Of a stretch of 40,794 bases of DNA, positions 16,680-24,201 are shown one piece after another. How positions within the stretch are numbered: the first letter of the stretch is position 1; every line of letters starts with the position of its first letter. The notes beneath the pieces were generated by a model. It saw only the letters and a list, made by a program, of their open reading frames with translations. It had not been told where the DNA came from and ran no database searches. The stretch is from a virus (Duplodnaviria > Caudoviricetes). The stretch spans positions 1-40,794 of IMG/VR virus record IMGVR_UViG_3300010048_000022; one strand, given 5' to 3'. A program made the translations under genes and the position numbers.

Positions 16680-16766
16680 ATGCGCCGCATCAGCTGGAAC
16701 CTCCTCTACATCCTTCATCGAAGGCGCTACGGCCGCCGTGATCGCCCACGCTTTAGGAGTTTGTGA
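16680..16766 (+). CDS. 28-aa Arg-rich peptide (not in ORF track)
   Basis: MRRISWNLLYILHRRRYGRRDRPRFRSL; GAGGAG SD; TGATG overlap with ParB-MTase. Confidence 0.45.
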   Translation: MRRISWNLLYILHRRRYGRRDRPRFRSL

Positions 16767-18157
16767 TGCCGACTGACGAGATCCCAATCGACCTCATCTG
16801 GGTCAAGCGCGACGAGCGCCAGCGGCGCAAACTCGAGCCCGATCCCTATCTGCAGTCTTCGATTAAGCGGGTCGGCCTCATTAATCCTCTTATAGTTAAG
16901 AAGGATTTCCAGCTCGTGGCGGGGGAACGGCGCTACGAGGCCTGCAAAGCGATTGGCAAAGCCTCCGTCCCAGTCCGCTGGTTCGAAGATCTGTCCACAG
17001 ATGAGGCATCCCTTATCGAACTCGAAGAGAACATTAAGCGGAAGGAGCTGACCTGGCAGGATCTGACGCTCGCAATCGCCGAGTATCATCGAGTCCACAT
17101 CAAGCTCGATCCAGAGTGGAACCAGCGGCGCAGCGCCGAGGCCCTCTCCCTCGATCCGGGCCACGTCAGCACCACCCTGCTTGTTGCGGCGCACATGAAA
17201 GACCAGCGTGTCGCAAATGCCACGAACCAGACCGAAGCTCGCAATTTGATACGCCGACGCAACGAGCGCGCTAACGACGCCGAGCTAAACTCCCTTGCCG
17301 AGCATGCCCGCACTCTATTCGCCCAGGCAGCGCAGCCCCAAGTTGGGATGCCCAATGGTGGCCCCAGTCTCGTACCGCCACTTGAGGCGGCACCCCCACC
17401 GGCCGTCTGGAGTGCGGAGGCCGTTCGCAATACCATCCTAGAGGCCAACTTCCTAGAGTGGGTGCGAGAGTATAAGGGAAGGCCATTCAATTTTATCCAC
17501 TGCGATTTCCCGTATGGAGTGAACGTCTTCGACGGGAGTGGCTACTTCAAGACCGAGGACATGGAGTCTTACGCAGACGACCCCGATGTCTTCTGGACTT
17601 TAACAGAGGCGCTCGTTAAGCACGCGGACAAGCTCATGTCTGCCAGCGCCCATCTAATCTTCTGGCTAACACCCAAACCTCAAGTCATGATGCGCTCCCT
17701 CCAGATGCTGACCAGCATCTCCAATCTGCAGTTCTATCCATACCCTTTAGTTTGGCACAAGTCCGACCTCACTGGCATCGTAGGCGACTCGCAGAGGTGG
17801 CCTCGCCACACCTACGAGGCCGCCCTCTTTGCCTATCGAGGCAAGCGCCCCCTCATCCACACCGTCCCAGACTCCTATTCGGGGCCAGGGGACCGCAAGC
17901 TACATCCCGCTACGAAGCCGGAGCCCATGCTCCGGCATTTCTTCAGTTCACTGGTAGACGAGCATACGCGCCTCTTCGATCCGACCTGCGGCTCAGGCGC
18001 TGCCCTGCGTGCAGCCGAGTCCCTCGGAGCGAAGCCAGAGAACGTACTCGGTCTTGAAATGGAGCCGCGCTTCGTACAGAACGCTCGCGATGCGCTACAT
18101 CATGCGCGCCTCAACGCAACAGCCCACGTTCTAGCTAAAGCATCCGAGGTGATCTAA
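16766..18157 (+). CDS. ParB-domain / N4-N6 DNA methyltransferase fusion
   Basis: GLINPL..LVAGERR..EENIKR (ParB) plus HTH; DFPY (motif IV), HPATKP, FDPTCGSG (motif I), beta-class order. Confidence 0.85.
   Translation: MPTDEIPIDLIWVKRDERQRRKLEPDPYLQSSIKRVGLINPLIVKKDFQLVAGERRYEACKAIGKASVPVRWFEDLSTDEASLIELEENIKRKELTWQDLTLAIAEYHRVHIKLDPEWNQRRSAEALSLDPGHVSTTLLVAAHMKDQRVANATNQTEARNLIRRRNERANDAELNSLAEHARTLFAQAAQPQVGMPNGGPSLVPPLEAAPPPAVWSAEAVRNTILEANFLEWVREYKGRPFNFIHCDFPYGVNVFDGSGYFKTEDMESYADDPDVFWTLTEALVKHADKLMSASAHLIFWLTPKPQVMMRSLQMLTSISNLQFYPYPLVWHKSDLTGIVGDSQRWPRHTYEAALFAYRGKRPLIHTVPDSYSGPGDRKLHPATKPEPMLRHFFSSLVDEHTRLFDPTCGSGAALRAAESLGAKPENVLGLEMEPRFVQNARDALHHARLNATAHVLAKASEVI
17342..17362 (+). 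repeat. Dispersed 21-bp motif copy 4 (ParB-MTase linker)
   Basis: GTTGGGATGCCCAATGGTGGC. Confidence 0.85.
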
Positions 18158-18369
18158 TGGACCACTATCGGTATGCCCGAGATGCCCGCCACTGGCAAGC
18201 GAGGGCCGAAGAGCTTCGCACCCTCTCCGAGACCTTCAGCGACGAGACCCGTCATATAATGCTCCGCATCGCTGCGGACTACGAGCGGCTAGCCTCGCTG
18301 GTGGATGTGCCACGAGCCTACAACAAGCTGCTGGGTCGCCTCGCAATGGGGCCAAATGGAGACATATGA
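18157..18369 (+). CDS. Small hypothetical protein resembling rhizobial chromosomal proteins
   Basis: HWQARAEELRTL..MLRIAADYERLA. Confidence 0.65.
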   Translation: MDHYRYARDARHWQARAEELRTLSETFSDETRHIMLRIAADYERLASLVDVPRAYNKLLGRLAMGPNGDI

Positions 18370-18725
18370 TGCCCGACGAAGAAGAGTATTTTGATCTATC
18401 AGATCCTAATATCCCTGTATTCAACATGGAGCTGGGGGAGCTGCTGCGTGAGGAGGGAACGGAGGCTGTTAAAGCCTCTCACGCAGAGTGGTTCTCCCGT
18501 GCATGGGAGTATGTTCTCAATTTGCCGGTTGGCTGGGTTGGGCTGCCGGAGGATTGGCGGCCTCCCATCATATTCAGGCATGGGCCACCGCACGACTTCC
18601 ACGTATGGGGTTCCCTCACTCTGAGTGCGATCCGCGCCCACCTCATAGAGGAGACGGGCATCCGGCGCAAAACCCAGAGCGTAAGCTCCCACGCCGCAAA
18701 GGGCGTCGAGTACAGGAGAATATGA
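18366..18725 (+). CDS. Hypothetical protein
   Basis: ATGA overlaps; GGAG SD. Confidence 0.65.
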   Translation: MMPDEEEYFDLSDPNIPVFNMELGELLREEGTEAVKASHAEWFSRAWEYVLNLPVGWVGLPEDWRPPIIFRHGPPHDFHVWGSLTLSAIRAHLIEETGIRRKTQSVSSHAAKGVEYRRI

Positions 18726-18994
18726 TGGCCGAGCGCATGTGGCCCATCGAGCCTCAGTACGCTGAGAGTATGAAGGTGCTGGTTCGCGCCATCGACGAAT
18801 GCTTCAATGGGGAGGCTCGAGGAGCAGATCGCAAGACTGGCTTCGTCCTTCTGGTATTCCCGTTCGGTGACAGCTTCGACGGTCGCTGCAACTACATCTC
18901 GAATGGAGCGCATCGAGGCGACATCGTCCGTCTCTTCAAAGAGCAGATAAAGCGCTTCGAAGAGGACCCAAGTCGGGACCTGCAAGATGGCTGA
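18722..18994 (+). CDS. Conserved phage hypothetical protein
   Basis: GFVLLVFPFG..RCNYISN. Confidence 0.7.
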   Translation: MMAERMWPIEPQYAESMKVLVRAIDECFNGEARGADRKTGFVLLVFPFGDSFDGRCNYISNGAHRGDIVRLFKEQIKRFEEDPSRDLQDG

Positions 18995-19193
18995 GCTAAC
19001 CTCCCTAGAGATCGAAGTGCTAGAAGAGTGTGCAGGGCAGAGGCCACCTCGCGTCTGGGGAGCGGCCCTCGGCGCAGCCCTGGAATTTCTTCGAGGCTCG
19101 GGCTACATTAACAGAGAAGGGGAGCCCACGAAGAAGGGCCTCGACTACCTGGAGGCGCAGAAGAATGAGCCTCGTAACTCAGAGTCACGATGA
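18987..19193 (+). CDS. Small winged-helix-like protein
   Basis: ALEFLRGSGYI..PTKKGLDYL. Confidence 0.55.
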   Translation: MAELTSLEIEVLEECAGQRPPRVWGAALGAALEFLRGSGYINREGEPTKKGLDYLEAQKNEPRNSESR

Positions 19194-20337
19194 CAAGGGT
19201 TGGGCTGGCTCTACCAGCCCACGTCTTCTCATTGTTGGAGAGGCGTGGGGCCAGCACGAGGCCGAGCGCCAGACTCCATTCTGCGGGGCGGCGGGCGCTG
19301 AACTCACGCGAATGCTCTTTCAAGTGATCGAACCTGAGCCAGAAGTTAAGGAGGCCATGCGAGACTACTCAAACTGGTGGGTAGTTCGTGACAAGTGGCT
19401 TGCTACGCACCACATTGCGCTGACGAACGTCATCAATGAGCAGCCACATAACAACGACTTCGATCACTTCTGCTGCAGCAAGAAGGAGCTTCCAAGTGAC
19501 TATCCTCCGGTTCCCTCCCTCTCCAGGGGGAAAGTCGCCTACCTCCGACCCGAGTATCTGGGTCAGCTTAGTCGCCTTCGAGACGAGTGCGCCAGATCAG
19601 CCCCGAACTGTATTGTTCCCGTTGGGGCGGTTGCCACCTGGGCATTCCTTGGAAGAAGTGACATTAGCAATGTCCGTGGAACTACGACAGTGGGCTCGGC
19701 GAGCGGGGCTGCTCCGGGAGTGAAAGTGCTGCCCACCTACCACCCCAGTGCAATCATCCGCGGCCAGTGGAAGTGGCGAGTGATTGTGATTGCCGACCTC
19801 ATTAAGGCCCTTAAGGAGTCTACCAGTGCAGGCCTCGTCCGCCCCGCCCGAGTCGCGCTCGTCAATCCCACCATGCAGGAGATCGACGAGTGGGTCAAGA
19901 TCGCCCTCTCGGAGGCCCGAAGGACCTGCCCTCTGGCTGTTGACATTGAGACAGCGGGTTCACAGATTACTTGTGTCGGGTTTGCCGACAGTCCCAACCG
20001 AGGCATCACAATCCCCTTCCGAGACCGCAAAGGCTTCCGCTCCTACTGGCTCTCCATCAACGAGGAGCTGCTTGCGTGGGGCTACGTCGAAGACCTCCTG
20101 AAATGCGGGCGGCCCCTCGTCTTCCAGAACGGCATGTACGATATCCAGTTCCTGAGTCGGATGGGCTTCAACCTGAAGAACGCCCGCGAGGACACTATGC
20201 TCCTCCACCATTCCATCTACCCCGAGATGCAGAAGAGTCTCGGCTTCATGGGGAGCCTCTACACCAACGAGCAGAGTTGGAAGCTGATGGGGCACCACCG
20301 CGCTACCAAGACCAAGGGAGAGAAGCTTGACCAATAA
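19165..20337 (+). CDS. UDG-like domain fused to partial 3'-5' exonuclease (N-terminal part of split PolA)
   Basis: IVGEAWG, PFCGAAG, PTYHPSA (family-4 UDG-like); ExoI VDIET, ExoII FQNGMYD, DTMLLHH; no ExoIII; GGAGG SD. Confidence 0.85.
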   Translation: MSLVTQSHDDKGWAGSTSPRLLIVGEAWGQHEAERQTPFCGAAGAELTRMLFQVIEPEPEVKEAMRDYSNWWVVRDKWLATHHIALTNVINEQPHNNDFDHFCCSKKELPSDYPPVPSLSRGKVAYLRPEYLGQLSRLRDECARSAPNCIVPVGAVATWAFLGRSDISNVRGTTTVGSASGAAPGVKVLPTYHPSAIIRGQWKWRVIVIADLIKALKESTSAGLVRPARVALVNPTMQEIDEWVKIALSEARRTCPLAVDIETAGSQITCVGFADSPNRGITIPFRDRKGFRSYWLSINEELLAWGYVEDLLKCGRPLVFQNGMYDIQFLSRMGFNLKNAREDTMLLHHSIYPEMQKSLGFMGSLYTNEQSWKLMGHHRATKTKGEKLDQ

Positions 20338-20377
20338 GCTCGTTCACGATTTGTTCTCAGTAAGAGGAGAAAAAAAC

Positions 20378-20761
20378 TTGACCACTTCGAAAGAACTTAC
20401 GCAGGAGCGTCACGCAACGCATGGCGACTTCACCGACGATGCCACTACCAGCCAGGGCCTAAAGGCCGTTATTCAGAACAGCAAGAACTGGACGCGCTTC
20501 ACCCCAGTCCAGAAGGAATGTCTGGAGCAGATGATGACCAAGATCGGCCGCCTCTGCTCTGGAGATCCGAACTATCCCGATCACTGGAGAGATCTTTCGG
20601 GCTACCCCTACCTCGTGGTTGAGCGACTCCCCAAGGTCGCTCCCCCTGACATGAGTGGTATCAAGCATATGGCTCCAGCCGTCATGGACCCAGCGGGGCT
20701 TGCACCCCTCGAGTCAGACTTACGGAGTGCGATCAAGCATTTGAATGGGCAGAAGGAGTGA
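20378..20761 (+). CDS. DUF6378-like protein
   Basis: ERHATHGDF..KIGRL..GDP..DHWRDLSGY; TTG start with GAGGAG SD (alternative 20327). Confidence 0.7.
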   Translation: MTTSKELTQERHATHGDFTDDATTSQGLKAVIQNSKNWTRFTPVQKECLEQMMTKIGRLCSGDPNYPDHWRDLSGYPYLVVERLPKVAPPDMSGIKHMAPAVMDPAGLAPLESDLRSAIKHLNGQKE

Positions 20762-21042
20762 AAGCCACCCAAGCTCTCCTAGTTGCCTGTCTCCTCTGGC
20801 CCAGTCCCGTCTGGGCCAGAGGTTGCCATCGCTTCCGCGTCTGGAACTATCCATACCCACAACGCTGCTCTGTAGCCTTGGCCGAGCTAAAGCTGCGGCC
20901 AAGGCTACAGATCCCAGTTCCAATTGCATCGTTTCCCTTACCCTTCTTGGACGATATTGTCTGGGAGAGCAATGCGTACATCCCGGCTGAGGAGCTGGGA
21001 AGGCTGAGGGCCATAGCCCTCCTAAGAGGAGCGAACCAATGA
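20758..21042 (+). CDS. Hypothetical protein with signal-peptide-like N-terminus
   Basis: MKATQALLVACLLWPSPVWA|RGCHRF; overlaps at both ends. Confidence 0.5.
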   Translation: MKATQALLVACLLWPSPVWARGCHRFRVWNYPYPQRCSVALAELKLRPRLQIPVPIASFPLPFLDDIVWESNAYIPAEELGRLRAIALLRGANQ

Positions 21043-21446
21043 ACACACAGCCCATAATAAAATCATATACGGAGCCACCAATGCCCGGCTCTGGCTACTG
21101 GTATCTGGCAGGGCCTTACTCTGATGACCCAATGGGCCGCTACGACGAGCACATCCGAGCGCTAGCCCACCTAATAAAAGCTGGTATTCATGTCTACTCT
21201 CCTATTGCCCACTGCCATAGTGTGGCAGCGCGCTATGGTCTGCCAAAGGATGCAGCCTTCTGGGAAGATTATAATTTTGCGATGATTAGGCCCTCGAATG
21301 GGCTGATCGTCCTCCTTCTCCCTGCTTGGGAGAAGTCTAAAGGGACTGTAGGCGAAATACGCTATTGCAAAGAGTGTGGGATGCCTGTTTGGAGCCTTGA
21401 GCCACCGAGCGTTGATAATCCGTTTCGGTGGTCAAGGCTCGCATGA
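21039..21446 (+). CDS. DUF1937 / nucleoside 2-deoxyribosyltransferase-like protein
   Basis: YLAGPYS, VYSPIAHCH, LPAWEKSKGTVGEI. Confidence 0.75.
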   Translation: MNTQPIIKSYTEPPMPGSGYWYLAGPYSDDPMGRYDEHIRALAHLIKAGIHVYSPIAHCHSVAARYGLPKDAAFWEDYNFAMIRPSNGLIVLLLPAWEKSKGTVGEIRYCKECGMPVWSLEPPSVDNPFRWSRLA

Positions 21447-22963
21447 AGATCGAGACAGACAAACTCCAGCCAAGCGACCTTGATGCCGAGACTGAGCACC
21501 AGACGTATTGCGCCCTGGACTCTATGCTCACGCTCGAGATTTTAGCGGCTATCAAGGAGCGACATTCTCACGCCGAAGGCGTGATCTACTCTTTTGAGAG
21601 AGCGCTTCAAGCGCCGCTCCTCGAAATGTCTATGCGCGGCTTCTACATAGACGGCATCGAGCGCCATCGCCTCGAGAACGTCACAAAGGAGCGTGTCAAA
21701 GAGGCCCGTAGCCTCCTTAATGAGCTGGCGTGGGCTGTCTGGGGCAAGGAGCTTAATCCGCGTTCACACGCCCAGCTCGCCGAGTTCTTCTATAAGCGTC
21801 TGCAAATTCCGGAGGTGTGGCTCACCTTTAAGGGGGAGCGCCGCCTCTCCGCGAACCGGGAGGCTCTCGAAAAGATCGACGAGTATCTCTATGCGAGGCC
21901 GATCGTCTCTCTCATCCTGCAATGTCGCGACCTCTATAAGCAGCTGGACGTTTTGACAGAGGAGATTGATGGAGATGGACGACACCGAACTTCATACAAT
22001 ATCGGCGGCACAGAGACTGGCCGCCTCTCTTCCTCGACCAGTGTTCTTGGAACAGGTGGCAACGCTCAGAATATCGCTCCTGAACTACGGCGTGTCTTTG
22101 TATCCGATCCTGGCTTCCGCCTCTGCTCGATCGACCTGGAGCAAGTTGAAGCAAGAGATGTGGGTTTTCTATGTGGTACACTCTTCGGAGACTGGTCCTT
22201 CTTGGACAACTGTGAGAGTGGAGATCTCCATACCGCAAACGCAATGCTTTGCTGGCCAGAAAAAAAGTGGCCCAAGGGAAATATGGCAGGTTGCCGTGAG
22301 CTTGCCGAACATACAATCGGGTATAGAGATTGGTCACTCCGCGACCTTTCTAAGCGACTGGGACATCTTTCCAACTACAGCGGAACTGCATGGACAGCAG
22401 CCCGCGTCCTGAAAATCCCGCTGCATGTCGCCGTCGATTTCCAGAACCGCTACTGTAGAGGAGCGCGGTGTGCCTACCCTGCCCTCCAGCGCTATTGGGA
22501 GTGGGCGATCTCCCGCCTCCAGCTAGAGGGTTTCATCACGACTCCCTTCGGACGCACGCGGCATTTCTTTGGTGATCCGAAGGCAGGCGATACTCATCGG
22601 GAGGCTATTGCCTTCAGTTCGCAGTCTATGACTGCGGATCGCACGAACCTGTGGCTGTGGCGTACCTGGCACAAAGAGCGTCGGGTCCAGCTGCTTGCCC
22701 AGACACACGACTCCATAACTTTCCAGTTTGCGGAAGAGGAGGACGCCGATGCTATCATTTCTACTGTATTGGATCTGCTTCATATTCCTCTCTTCGATCC
22801 TAAGACTGGTCGCAAGTATGTTGCGCCAGGCGAGGCGAAGATCGGCTGGAATTGGGCTCCCTACCATGAGAAGAAGAACCCCGGAGGCCTGACGAAGTGG
22901 AAGCTGGGTAGGCCGGACCTCCGTGTCCGGCCCACCCCGTCCCAGAGACTTGGACTTGCCTAA
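21443..22963 (+). CDS. polA: Family A DNA polymerase, catalytic part starting with ExoIII helix
   Basis: YCALD (ExoIII), TETGRLSS, motif A DLEQVEAR, motif B RDLSKRLGHLSNYSG, motif C THDS. Confidence 0.92.
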   Translation: MKIETDKLQPSDLDAETEHQTYCALDSMLTLEILAAIKERHSHAEGVIYSFERALQAPLLEMSMRGFYIDGIERHRLENVTKERVKEARSLLNELAWAVWGKELNPRSHAQLAEFFYKRLQIPEVWLTFKGERRLSANREALEKIDEYLYARPIVSLILQCRDLYKQLDVLTEEIDGDGRHRTSYNIGGTETGRLSSSTSVLGTGGNAQNIAPELRRVFVSDPGFRLCSIDLEQVEARDVGFLCGTLFGDWSFLDNCESGDLHTANAMLCWPEKKWPKGNMAGCRELAEHTIGYRDWSLRDLSKRLGHLSNYSGTAWTAARVLKIPLHVAVDFQNRYCRGARCAYPALQRYWEWAISRLQLEGFITTPFGRTRHFFGDPKAGDTHREAIAFSSQSMTADRTNLWLWRTWHKERRVQLLAQTHDSITFQFAEEEDADAIISTVLDLLHIPLFDPKTGRKYVAPGEAKIGWNWAPYHEKKNPGGLTKWKLGRPDLRVRPTPSQRLGLA

Positions 22964-22983
22964 CCCCGCAGGGGAGTGGGGAA

Positions 22984-24201
22984 GTGCGTACAACAAAGAC
23001 GAACGCCGATATAGTCGGGCTGTTCAATCAATACACAGAAGGCCTCCCATCGTGCCCGATGTTTCGGGAGTGGTGCGGGATCACTCTCGTTGCTGGAGCT
23101 ATGGAGCGTAGAATATGGACTCAGGTCGGCCGGATGCAGTCGTTTGCCAACCTCTTCGTGATGCTGGTGGGTCCGGCGGGCACCGGCAAAGGAGTCATCA
23201 ACTCTGTGAGAGACTTGTGGAAGGGAACAATGAACGGAACTCAAGCAATATTTAATGTTGGTATAAAGAGTTACACGAAAGCATCACTAGTGGACGACCT
23301 CCACGATGCGAAAAAGACGTACGTAGCTGATGCAGGGGAGCCGCTCATCTATCACAGCCTGCTGTTGGCGTCGGAGGAGTTCCCAGTCCTGTTTCCGCGG
23401 TTCGACTTCGAGCTGCTCGCCTTCATGTCCGACATATGGAACTGCGATGCGGTCTATGATGAGAGACGCCGCACTTCTGCAATCAAGTCCGTCTCCATCT
23501 CCTATCCAATTATTAATGCAATCATGGGCTATCAGCCCGCTGTGATGGCGCAGACTATGCCCAGCACCGCCTGGGAGCAGGGATTTATGCGCCGGACCAT
23601 CATGATCTGGAACGGGACTGTGGAGGTGAAGTCCCTCTTTGAGTCGGACCCGCTCGACGAGGAGCTAGCCAAGGCCATCCACCGTCGCCTCTACCAGATT
23701 AGCACGCTCTACGGCGCAATGAAGTGGGAGTCCAAAGCTGCAGCCATGCTAGACATATGGCATACCGAGGGTGGGCAGCCCCGTCCCGATCATGTCCGCC
23801 TCCAATCTTACAACAACACCCGATCACACCTTGCAATCAAGCTGGCGATGATCGCCAGCATCTCCGAGTCCTCGGATATGGTGATCCGCGAGCACCACAT
23901 AGGACGTGCCCTCACTTGGCTCATCAAGGCCGAGTCCCTGATGCCAGAGATATTCAGATCTATGACGGGCGACTCTGACAGCGCCCTCATCACGGAGCTT
24001 CATGCCTCCATGCTCGTTATCTACAAGAGTAGCCACAAGGCTATTCACAACCGCTTTATCTGGGATTTCCTCAGTAAGCGGACTCCCTCCCACAAGGTCC
24101 AACACATAATTGGGGTGATGGAGCGTGCGGGCTACATAGTGCGGGACAGCAAGCTGCCAGAAATGTGGATACCCATGTCCAACCAGGGCACTCCCCATTA
24201 A
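22984..24201 (+). CDS. DUF3987-like P-loop helicase
   Basis: NLFVMLVGPAGTGKG, SEEF, GFMRR, IKLAMI; C-terminal winged-helix-like segment. Confidence 0.75.
   Translation: MRTTKTNADIVGLFNQYTEGLPSCPMFREWCGITLVAGAMERRIWTQVGRMQSFANLFVMLVGPAGTGKGVINSVRDLWKGTMNGTQAIFNVGIKSYTKASLVDDLHDAKKTYVADAGEPLIYHSLLLASEEFPVLFPRFDFELLAFMSDIWNCDAVYDERRRTSAIKSVSISYPIINAIMGYQPAVMAQTMPSTAWEQGFMRRTIMIWNGTVEVKSLFESDPLDEELAKAIHRRLYQISTLYGAMKWESKAAAMLDIWHTEGGQPRPDHVRLQSYNNTRSHLAIKLAMIASISESSDMVIREHHIGRALTWLIKAESLMPEIFRSMTGDSDSALITELHASMLVIYKSSHKAIHNRFIWDFLSKRTPSHKVQHIIGVMERAGYIVRDSKLPEMWIPMSNQGTPH

Noticed and set aside
20338-21442. Intron or intein explaining the split polymerase
   Set aside because: No intein termini (N-terminal C/S, C-terminal HN), no homing endonuclease and no evident group I/II core; the gap is filled by ordinary coupled ORFs. 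Splicing or bypass is not formally excluded.
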